NCBI GenBank assembly: GCA_040754655.1
Contig: JBFMCE010000060.1
Location: 1-24,293, forward strand
Reading direction: 5' to 3'
Length of the DNA stretch: 24,293 nucleotides
Source: Bdellovibrionota bacterium
GTDB taxonomy: Bacteria; Bdellovibrionota; UBA1018; UBA923
The notes below the pieces were generated by a model that made no database searches, was not told where the DNA came from, and saw nothing but the letters and a program-made list of their open reading frames with translations. Below are positions 9,439 through 16,821 of this stretch, one piece after another. The position numbers were made by a program, and so were the translations under genes. Numbering within the stretch: the first letter of the stretch is position 1; each line of letters opens with the position of its first letter.

Positions 9439-10752
9439 TTAACAGTTCAGCAAACGCGTCCGCACAAGGTCTAGCGCTTTTTGCGTGAAGTAAGTGCGGT
9501 TTTGTGCACGGTCAAGGCCGGGCCGGGCTCGCAGTTCTTCAACATGCAAGGGTTTGCCCGATTGCGCCAGGCCGATGTAACAAAGGCCAACGGGTTTTTC
9601 GGCCGTTCCTCCACCAGGGCCTGCAATCCCAGTGGTTGAAACGCAAATCATTCCTTTCGGATCCCTAAAAACATTGGTCTTGCCCGATGCAACCGCGGAC
9701 TGAAGTTTTTTCAATGCATTTTCGGCAAGCTCGCCCGCTACTTCCGATGAAACGGCTCCGTGTTTCTCAATCAGCTCCAGCGGCACGCCGACAAGTTGGT
9801 GTTTTGCCGTGTTGTCGTAAGCCACGATGGTAGACCAGAAAACCTCAGACGAGCCGGAAACGTTCGTAAGGCGTGAAGCGATCATTCCGCCAGTGCAAGA
9901 CTCCACAGTGCACAAGTTGTATCGCTGCCGTTTGAGTTGGGCGATCACGACCTCTTCAAGACTGCAGGGCGGTTCGCCGGGACGGGCAATCGAGTAGACT
10001 TCCTGACCCAAGATAGACGTGACTTGTTTGCAAAGGTCGTGAAAAAGATCGCGCTCCGACGCAGTTTGACAATCGGCATAAAGCGCAACGTGGTTTTCAG
10101 GAAAGTGAGTGCGATAGGTCATCTCAAAGCAAGCTGGAAGTTTTTTCTCAACGTTGGTTAATTTTTCCTGAAGCTTGCCCTCGGAAGTAAAGTGCGTCGA
10201 CCAGGTCTGCACCAAAAACGGTTGGCGTTCGGGCAATCGCGGAAAGACTTGCTCCTTGAGCATTCGAGACATCTCACGAGGAACGCCCGGCATGAAAAAC
10301 CAATGACGGCCATGAGCGATCAGTCCGAATCCCGGGGCCGTGCCTTCAAGGTTGCGAAGCGCGAAACACCCTTGAGGAAGCCAAGCTTGTTTTTCTTGAA
10401 CCTTAAGCAGGGGTTTCCCCACGCGTTTAAAGAAAGACTCGATATGTTCCAAAGAGTGAGGGTCGAGGACCAATGGCACGCCTAAGAATTTCGCAAAAGC
10501 CTCTGCGGTGAGGTCGTCCGAGGTAGGCCCTAAACCGCCGGTGACAAAGATGAACTCGCTTCTGTTCGCCGCAATTTCAAAAGCCGAGACGACCCGATCG
10601 ATTTGATCATCGACTTTTTGCCCGAAACGCGCGACGTACCCTCGTTCGTGCAAGGCCTGCGCGATGAAGCTTGAGTTGGTATCTACAACCCTACCATCAA
10701 GAATCTCACGTCCAATGGCTAAGATTTCGACAACTTGCTTCTCAGAGCTCAT
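9439..10752 (-). CDS. cinA: CinA family protein (MoCF-like N-domain + PncC NMN deamidase domain)
   Basis: IGREILDG..VDTN, TGGLGPT.DDLT, GTAPG, PGVP.EM, then ESCTGG and TGIAGPGGGT.EKPVGL. Confidence 0.95.
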   Translation of the reverse strand: MSSEKQVVEILAIGREILDGRVVDTNSSFIAQALHERGYVARFGQKVDDQIDRVVSAFEIAANRSEFIFVTGGLGPTSDDLTAEAFAKFLGVPLVLDPHSLEHIESFFKRVGKPLLKVQEKQAWLPQGCFALRNLEGTAPGFGLIAHGRHWFFMPGVPREMSRMLKEQVFPRLPERQPFLVQTWSTHFTSEGKLQEKLTNVEKKLPACFEMTYRTHFPENHVALYADCQTASERDLFHDLCKQVTSILGQEVYSIARPGEPPCSLEEVVIAQLKRQRYNLCTVESCTGGMIASRLTNVSGSSEVFWSTIVAYDNTAKHQLVGVPLELIEKHGAVSSEVAGELAENALKKLQSAVASGKTNVFRDPKGMICVSTTGIAGPGGGTAEKPVGLCYIGLAQSGKPLHVEELRARPGLDRAQNRTYFTQKALDLVRTRLLNC

Positions 10753-10777
10753 TGATTTGTTTTATAGTGCATTTCTC

Positions 10778-11764
10778 ATGAACATTGAACAAATTTACCA
10801 GGCTCGAGAAAAATTAAAGCCCTATCTTAAAGCAACTCCTCTTGCGTATTCCGCGGAGTTGAGCCGCAAAAGAGGGAGGGATGTTTTCTTGAAGCTTGAA
10901 AGCTTGCAACCCACCGGGTCATTTAAAGTCAGGCCCGCGCTCAACAACATCGTTTCACAGTTGGATGAGGCGAAAAAAAAGGGCGTCATTGCCTCGTCAT
11001 CAGGAAACTTTGCCCAAGCTGTCGCCTACGGAGCGAAACTTTTTTCATGCGACGCGCGGATCGTCATGCCCCAAGCGACCTCTGCTTACAAGGTCGAACG
11101 TACCCGTCAGTGGGGAGCAGAAGTGGTTGAGTGCGGAAACAGTTTCCAAGAGCGTTGGCAGACCACGTTTCGAATCCAAAAAGAGACAGGCAGGCTTTTG
11201 GTCCATCCTTATGATTCGGATCTGACGATGGCGGGGGATGGCACTCTGGCGCTTGAACTTCTTGATCAACTCGCGGAAGACTTTACGGTACTCGTTCCGG
11301 TGAGCGGAGGAGGACTGATCGCGGGAATCGCCGTCGCGCTCAAAACGCTGAGACCGAAGTGCCGCATCGTGGGGGTTCAGCCTGGGGTTGCGGGCGCCAT
11401 GGCCAAATCTATTTCAGCTGGGCGACGCATTGACGTCGGAAGCTTCACCACATTGGCCGATGCGCTTGTTGCCGCTATCCCTGGCGAGAAGACGTTTCAG
11501 GTTTCAAAGGATTTCGTCGATGAGTTCGTTCTTGTATCGGAAAATGAGATCCGTGAAGCCGTGCGATTCCTGGCGCTTGAGCAGAAGCTTATTGCAGAGC
11601 CGGGCGCCGCAGTGGGTGTTGCAGCGCTTCTTTCAGGAAAACTAACGCAGCAAGCGCAACCGGTGATTTGCGTTATTAGCGGCGGAAATGTATCGACCCA
11701 GACCCTCATCGAATTGTTGAGCGACTTGAATTCCGGGGCCGCTCATGTCAGAAGGCTCCCATGA
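10778..11764 (+). CDS. PLP-dependent Ser/Thr dehydratase / serine racemase family enzyme, no regulatory domain
   Basis: LKLESLQPTGSFKVR (PLP lysine), SSGN, PVSGGGLIAG, EP.AA and ISGGN. ATG 10778 chosen because the track start at 10664 overlaps cinA. Confidence 0.9.
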   Translation: MNIEQIYQAREKLKPYLKATPLAYSAELSRKRGRDVFLKLESLQPTGSFKVRPALNNIVSQLDEAKKKGVIASSSGNFAQAVAYGAKLFSCDARIVMPQATSAYKVERTRQWGAEVVECGNSFQERWQTTFRIQKETGRLLVHPYDSDLTMAGDGTLALELLDQLAEDFTVLVPVSGGGLIAGIAVALKTLRPKCRIVGVQPGVAGAMAKSISAGRRIDVGSFTTLADALVAAIPGEKTFQVSKDFVDEFVLVSENEIREAVRFLALEQKLIAEPGAAVGVAALLSGKLTQQAQPVICVISGGNVSTQTLIELLSDLNSGAAHVRRLP

Positions 11765-12528
11765 TCCTCATCACCGGGGCCAGTAGTGGCATTGGATTGG
11801 CGTGCGCGGAAGCGCTTGCCGCGCAGAAGAAAGATCTCATCTTGGTTGCCCGGCGAAAAGACAGGCTGAAAGATTTGGCAGATGCCCTGACTCGGAAGCA
11901 CAATGTAAAAGTTCATGTCTTCACTCTGGATATTCAAAACAGAAATGCCATCGAAAGTTTTGGCCAAGAGCAAGAGGGGCTGCTCAAGCGCGTGACAGTA
12001 CTGGTCAATAACGCGGGCTTGGCCAAAGGCATGGAGCCTTTTCAAAAAGGAAAGATCGACGATTGGGAGCAGATGATCGACACCAATCTCAAGGGTCTTC
12101 TCTATCTCACGCGCACTGTTTTACCTCACATGATCGCGCGGAAAAACGGACACGTCGTCAACTTGGGTTCTGTCGCGGGCTATTGGGCATATCCGTTGGG
12201 AAATGTTTATTGCGCGACGAAGTTCGCGGTTCGTGGGTTCACAGAAGCCTTGAGGATTGATCTTCTGGGCACGGGCGTTCGCGTCACTGAGATCGTGCCT
12301 GGCCGCGTCGAAACAGAATTTAGTCTTGTGCGTTTGGGGAATGCCGAGGCCGCAAAAAAAGTCTACGAAGGGATGACGCCGCTTAGCGCCGCAGACATCG
12401 CGGAAGCAGTTGTCTGGAGCGTGGATCGACCCAAACACGTCAATATCCAAGAGATTGTGATTTATCCCACAGATCAAGCGTCGACGAACCACTATTATAA
12501 GCGCACGTCGAAAAACCGGAAGACCTGA
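11761..12528 (+). CDS. YdfG-like NADP-dependent short-chain dehydrogenase (3-hydroxy acid / serine dehydrogenase type)
   Basis: TGASSGIG, ARR, LVNNAGLA.G, GSVAG, Y.ATK, PG.VETEFS.VR and P.HVNI. ATGA overlap with the upstream gene. Confidence 0.9.
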   Translation: MILITGASSGIGLACAEALAAQKKDLILVARRKDRLKDLADALTRKHNVKVHVFTLDIQNRNAIESFGQEQEGLLKRVTVLVNNAGLAKGMEPFQKGKIDDWEQMIDTNLKGLLYLTRTVLPHMIARKNGHVVNLGSVAGYWAYPLGNVYCATKFAVRGFTEALRIDLLGTGVRVTEIVPGRVETEFSLVRLGNAEAAKKVYEGMTPLSAADIAEAVVWSVDRPKHVNIQEIVIYPTDQASTNHYYKRTSKNRKT

Positions 12529-12688
12529 TCAAACCTGTGCTGACGAAACTTGAAAGACTCGACGCGAAACTCGGCCAAGACGGCGTCAATAAAGTCCATT
12601 ATGAAAATATCTTGAACGCATGGTTTAAAGAAAAAGATTAAAGCTTTTCTCTTTCGAAATCCTTTCCTACAATTGTTCTTACTACAGC

Positions 12689-13699
12689 ATGGTGGAACAA
12701 CAAAAACTCAAGGTTCTTGTGGTCTGCGACCTCTCCTCGAGGCCTCCGCGCGATCAAGATTACAGCAGTGATCTTAAAAGCGAAGAGTGGGAAAGCGAGG
12801 CCGATGTCATTCGCTCCCTTCAAAAGTCAGGGCATGAGGTCGAGCTCTTTGGCGTTTACAACGACATCGGAGAGCTTTCTCATAAGATCGATCACGCAAA
12901 ACCCGATCTGATTTTCAACCTTTCGGAAGCTTTCAGCGGAGACCGCTCGTTTGAACCGAATCTGCCCGCTTTTTTTGAACTCTCAAAAACACCCTATACC
13001 GGAGCCAAACCGCTAGCCTTGCATCTTTGCAAAGACAAAGCGCTCTCGAAGAAACTTGTCGCTTCTGAAGGAGTGCGCACGCCGAGGTTTGAGACTTTCC
13101 ACTTGAGCCAACCCATCCAGCGGTTAAGGGAGTTCGTATTTCCGGCTTTGGTGAAACCCTTGGGGTTAGAGGCTTCTGCGGGAATTTCGCAAGACTCGCT
13201 CGTCTATGAGAGCAAGGCGTGCTCAGAGCGCATCAAGTTTTTGCAAGAACGTTTCAAAACGGATGTGATCGTTGAAGAGTACATCGAGGGACGCGAACTG
13301 TACGTCGGGGTTTTTGCGAGCGAAACACTTGAGGTCTTTCCCGCGCGCGAGCTTTTTTTTGAAGCGGTTCCGGAAGGCGATCCCAAGTTTGCGACGTTCA
13401 AGGCCAAATGGGACGACAACTACAGGAAACGTTGGGGCATCAAGAGCGGCCCTGCTCGCGGTCTTTCAAAGCAGCTCGTCGAGAACCTTGCCGAGACGTC
13501 GCGAAAAGTTTGTAGAGCCCTGAAAATCACCGGATACGCGCGCATTGATTTCAGGCTTGCCGCTCAGGATGAGATTGTTTTTTTGGAAGCCAACCCGAAT
13601 CCATCGATCGCGGCGAAAGACGACTTCGCTCAGTCAGCCCGCGCCGCAGGCATCGATTACGATGAGCTGCTTGCGAAGATCATCGCAGCAGTCGATTGA
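12689..13699 (+). CDS. D-Ala-D-Ala-ligase-like ATP-grasp protein (atypical)
   Basis: IFNLSE, PYTG, DK.L.K, FP.LVKP...AS.GI, VEEYIEGRE, YARIDFR and LEANPNP. Lacks the N-terminal GG.S.E motif of true Ddl. Confidence 0.85.
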   Translation: MVEQQKLKVLVVCDLSSRPPRDQDYSSDLKSEEWESEADVIRSLQKSGHEVELFGVYNDIGELSHKIDHAKPDLIFNLSEAFSGDRSFEPNLPAFFELSKTPYTGAKPLALHLCKDKALSKKLVASEGVRTPRFETFHLSQPIQRLREFVFPALVKPLGLEASAGISQDSLVYESKACSERIKFLQERFKTDVIVEEYIEGRELYVGVFASETLEVFPARELFFEAVPEGDPKFATFKAKWDDNYRKRWGIKSGPARGLSKQLVENLAETSRKVCRALKITGYARIDFRLAAQDEIVFLEANPNPSIAAKDDFAQSARAAGIDYDELLAKIIAAVD

Positions 13700-14165
13700 T
13701 CGCGTTTTCGGCCACTGCCGTGCTACCGCGCGCCATTTCGAGCTCAGCGCTGGTTTCTTCAAGCCTAAAGAACAGCTCTTTGAGCATTTGAAACAGGATG
13801 CGGTTTGCCGCGATAGGGTATCGAAACAAGAATTGCTGGAACTGGTCGCGGTGCAAAACAAGGATTTGCGCGTCTTCAGTGGCTGCAACGCTTGCCGTGC
13901 GGTGCACGTTGTGAAAAAGGCTCGCTTCACCGAAACAATCTTTCGGACCCAGCACTGTGATGACGGCGTCTTTTGTTCCTTTGGTCACATGGAAATGGCC
14001 GGTGCGGATGACGTAGAAGACATCGCTCACTTCACCTTCTTTGATGACGCGTCCTTTGTTTTTCACATTGAGGACCTCGAAGAGAGGGACCAAGAGATCA
14101 AGCTCTTCTTCAGTGAGATTCTCGAAAATCTTCACGGTCTTCAGGAATTGGCCGATTGAGGTCAT
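13680..14165 (-). CDS. Stand-alone cyclic nucleotide-binding domain protein
   Basis: IF..L, EGE....FY.I..G, FGE.SL....RTASV.A. No HTH. 3' end overlaps the convergent ATP-grasp gene by 20 nt. Confidence 0.9.
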   Translation of the reverse strand: MTSIGQFLKTVKIFENLTEEELDLLVPLFEVLNVKNKGRVIKEGEVSDVFYVIRTGHFHVTKGTKDAVITVLGPKDCFGEASLFHNVHRTASVAATEDAQILVLHRDQFQQFLFRYPIAANRILFQMLKELFFRLEETSAELEMARGSTAVAENAINRLLR

Positions 14166-15124
14166 TTCCTTAAGAATGAATGGCGTTGGGCGTATCCGTC
14201 AATCGATCTTAGGTCAGACTCGCTTAGCCCGAGGTACTTTTTGCAGCGGGAAAATTCTTCACCCAAGGTGACGCCAAAGATGCCCGGGTCATCGGTGTTG
14301 ACTGAGACCGGAACTCCGGCGCTGAGCAGCCGCGGAAGGGGGTGCGAATCCCAACTCTCGACCGAACGGGTGAGTACATTGCTGGTGGGACAGGTTTCAA
14401 GAAGGATCTGGTCGCGAGCCAAACGCTTGATCAGTTCTGCATCTTGAATCGCTCGAATGCCGTGACCGATGCGTTTGGCGCCTAGCACGTCAATGGCTTC
14501 CCAGACGTTCTCAGCGCCTGCGGCTTCGCCCGCATGGATGGTGACAGGCAAGCCCGCATCTATCGCTCGTCGAAAAGGGACCGCGTAGTTCCTGCAAGGA
14601 AAACCGTCTTCAATCCCAGCCAGATCTACCCCGATGAAGCTCTCTCTATGCTCCAAGGCGAAATCCATCGTCTTTTCAGCGGCTGACATGCCGTAACCTC
14701 GGCTGACGATGCAAATCAATCCTGCTCGAACGCCGGTGGCCTCGCAGCCCTTTCGCATCCCAAGCAAGAAAGCATCGAGGCATTCTTTCCAAGACGAGCG
14801 GGCATATTCACCGGTGAAGGTGGGCGAGTACCGAAGTTCAATTTGGCTGATCCCTTCTTGAGCCGCATCTTCAATGGCTTCAAACGCGATTTGCTCCAGC
14901 ACTTCGCATGTGCGCAGGACTTTCTGAAAAAGCACGAAACAATCCAAGACCTCTTTGAGTGAGTTCATCGGCTGGGTGATCCAAAATTTCTGTTTGATGT
15001 CTTGGACGGTTTGAAACTCGGTCTCCACCTCGAAGTGATGGAGCAATTTCAGCAAGGTCTCGGGTCTCAAGCTCGCATCGAGATGGCGGTGCAATTCCGT
15101 GTAGGCAGGTCTTATCGGTTTCAC
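14162..15124 (-). CDS. add: Adenosine deaminase family amidohydrolase (COG1816)
   Basis: ELHRHLD, ELRYSP, GVDLAG.E, TIHAGE, RIGHG, CPTSN and VNTDDP. Stop overlaps the next start (ATGA). True substrate uncertain. Confidence 0.88.
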   Translation of the reverse strand: MKPIRPAYTELHRHLDASLRPETLLKLLHHFEVETEFQTVQDIKQKFWITQPMNSLKEVLDCFVLFQKVLRTCEVLEQIAFEAIEDAAQEGISQIELRYSPTFTGEYARSSWKECLDAFLLGMRKGCEATGVRAGLICIVSRGYGMSAAEKTMDFALEHRESFIGVDLAGIEDGFPCRNYAVPFRRAIDAGLPVTIHAGEAAGAENVWEAIDVLGAKRIGHGIRAIQDAELIKRLARDQILLETCPTSNVLTRSVESWDSHPLPRLLSAGVPVSVNTDDPGIFGVTLGEEFSRCKKYLGLSESDLRSIDGYAQRHSFLRK

Positions 15125-15130
15125 AACGGC

Positions 15131-15159
15131 AAGCTAACGAAGCGTTGGGCTCACGGCAA
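15131..15159 (-). promoter_or_regulatory. Putative sigma70 promoter giving a leaderless add transcript
   Basis: Minus strand TTGCCG-N17-TAGCTT-N6-GTG(15124). No SD. Confidence 0.55.
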
Positions 15160-15166
15160 TAAAAAA

Positions 15167-15175
15167 TGATAAACT
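15167..15175 (+). promoter_or_regulatory. Putative extended -10 promoter giving a leaderless TPR-barrel transcript
   Basis: TGaTAAACT, then 6 nt to ATG 15182. No SD. Confidence 0.5.
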
Positions 15176-15181
15176 AATTTT

Positions 15182-16807
15182 ATGCCAACAAGGGCTAAAG
15201 CAGCCAGGGTTCTGCTCTCAATGATTTGCGGTGTCACCGTGATGGGAACGGCGGCATCTGGCGCATCGCTTTCAAATGCCCCACCCTCGCTTCCTAAAGG
15301 CTATCATCCAGGAACTACGGAAGATTTGCGTAATGTCACTGAGCGTGACCATGAGCTCAGTGAGCTTGCGGTCGCGCGCGGCATGATTCATTTCAACGCA
15401 GAGCGATATATTGAAGCCGAAACGAGCTTTAAAGAAGCCCTCGGCAACGACCCTAGAAATTTCTTAGCCATGGAATACCTTGCGCTGATCCAAGAGCAAA
15501 GAGCTGACTTGAAGAGTGCCATCGCTTGGTTGGTGAAAGCCAAGCATCGCGCGCCCGAGGCCAGGTGGCCTGTCTTGAACTTTCAAATCGGAAGGCTCTA
15601 TTACTTTCAGAAGAACGTTGAGCGCGCCGAGATTTACCTCAAGCTTGCGGTTGATCAGAACGTGCATGAGGTTTCTGCAAACTACCTCTTGGGCTATTTG
15701 TACTACACGCAAGAAAGATATCTCGAGGCCGAACGCTATTTGCACCAAGCAAAAGTGCGTGCGCAAAGCCACTCCGCCTCAGGCACTGAGCGGGCGATGC
15801 TCCAACCCGTGAACTATTACCTGGGCGAGGCTTACGCGCGTTTGGGTTTCGTGCGGTACTCAATTGCGATCTTAAGGCAGTGCGAATACGGCGAGAGTTG
15901 GGAGCTGCGATCAACGGCTTGGAAGGTCCACTCTGAACTCAATAAGCCACTGTTCTCTGCGAGCCTTGGCGTGTTCGGGCAATACGACTCGAACGTGATT
16001 TTGCTTCCAATCGATACGGCGCTGCCTGTCGAGTACACGAGCGAAGGCGCGATCGGCAGCGTCTTGATGGGGGCCGCAAGTGCGCAGACCAGCCCCGCTA
16101 AGCGTTGGATTTTTGGGGTCGAGGGAAATGGCTATCTCAACAACCGCCTCAATGGCTCGCTTGCCAGGTTTGACGTCTTGAGTTTGGGAGGCGCGGGTTG
16201 GGTGAACTACTGGAATCAGAAGGATTGGTCTTTAGTCGCGCGTTATGAGCTTGAGCACGTATGGCTCAATAGAAATGCTTTTGAGTCGTTCCAGAGCGCG
16301 CATGGCCCCGTCGTGAGCGCCGTCTATGCTCCGTTTCAAAGGTGGAATTGGGAAGCTGGCGCTCAGCTTCGAATCAACTCTTTTGCCAATGATCTGTTGA
16401 CCGGGGCGGATCGTCGCAGCGGAGTAGCGTATGTCCCTTTCCTGCGGGCAAGCCTTAAGGCTCCGAATCCGCGTTTTAGGCCCACGCTCACTTATCAATA
16501 TGAGCAAGACGAAGCCGATGGGGTGAACTTTCAGTCGCGCGCGCATGTTTTGTCAGCCGATGCGCTTTGGCGGGCTTGGGAGAAAACGCATCTTTCGTTG
16601 GGTTTTGGCCTTCGGTTTACAGGGTTCCCAAATCATCTTGCCGGAAGAGATGATCAAACCAGCGTCTACCGCGCGGGTCTCAATCACATCCTCAACTTGA
16701 ATTGGATGTTGATCTTCGACGTGGTGCGCGTACACAACGGATCTTCGTTGCCTGATTTTTCTTATGATCGAACCACGCTCACGGCAGGTGCTACCTACAC
16801 GTTTTAA
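15182..16807 (+). CDS. TPR-repeat + outer-membrane beta-barrel protein, Slam/DUF560-like
   Basis: Signal peptide, then TPR helices (A...F..AL..DP, LGYLYY, LGEAY). From ~15947 I count 14 amphipathic strands by eye, starting with ..GQYDSNV and ending FSYDRTTLTAGATYTF (terminal Phe BAM signal). Confidence 0.8.
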   Translation: MPTRAKAARVLLSMICGVTVMGTAASGASLSNAPPSLPKGYHPGTTEDLRNVTERDHELSELAVARGMIHFNAERYIEAETSFKEALGNDPRNFLAMEYLALIQEQRADLKSAIAWLVKAKHRAPEARWPVLNFQIGRLYYFQKNVERAEIYLKLAVDQNVHEVSANYLLGYLYYTQERYLEAERYLHQAKVRAQSHSASGTERAMLQPVNYYLGEAYARLGFVRYSIAILRQCEYGESWELRSTAWKVHSELNKPLFSASLGVFGQYDSNVILLPIDTALPVEYTSEGAIGSVLMGAASAQTSPAKRWIFGVEGNGYLNNRLNGSLARFDVLSLGGAGWVNYWNQKDWSLVARYELEHVWLNRNAFESFQSAHGPVVSAVYAPFQRWNWEAGAQLRINSFANDLLTGADRRSGVAYVPFLRASLKAPNPRFRPTLTYQYEQDEADGVNFQSRAHVLSADALWRAWEKTHLSLGFGLRFTGFPNHLAGRDDQTSVYRAGLNHILNLNWMLIFDVVRVHNGSSLPDFSYDRTTLTAGATYTF

Positions 16808-16821
16808 GGAACCATGGCGAA

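Noticed and set aside
10664..10777. N-terminal extension of the PLP enzyme given by the ORF track
   Set aside because: It overlaps cinA on the opposite strand. Family similarity starts at ATG 10778.
12689..13699. Calling this gene ddl or a Van-type resistance ligase
   Set aside because: The D-Ala subsite motifs are missing and there are no vanH/vanX/vanRS or mur neighbours.
13545..14159. 204-aa + strand ORF spanning the ATP-grasp end and the cNMP gene
   Set aside because: It overlaps two well-supported genes and has no domain features.
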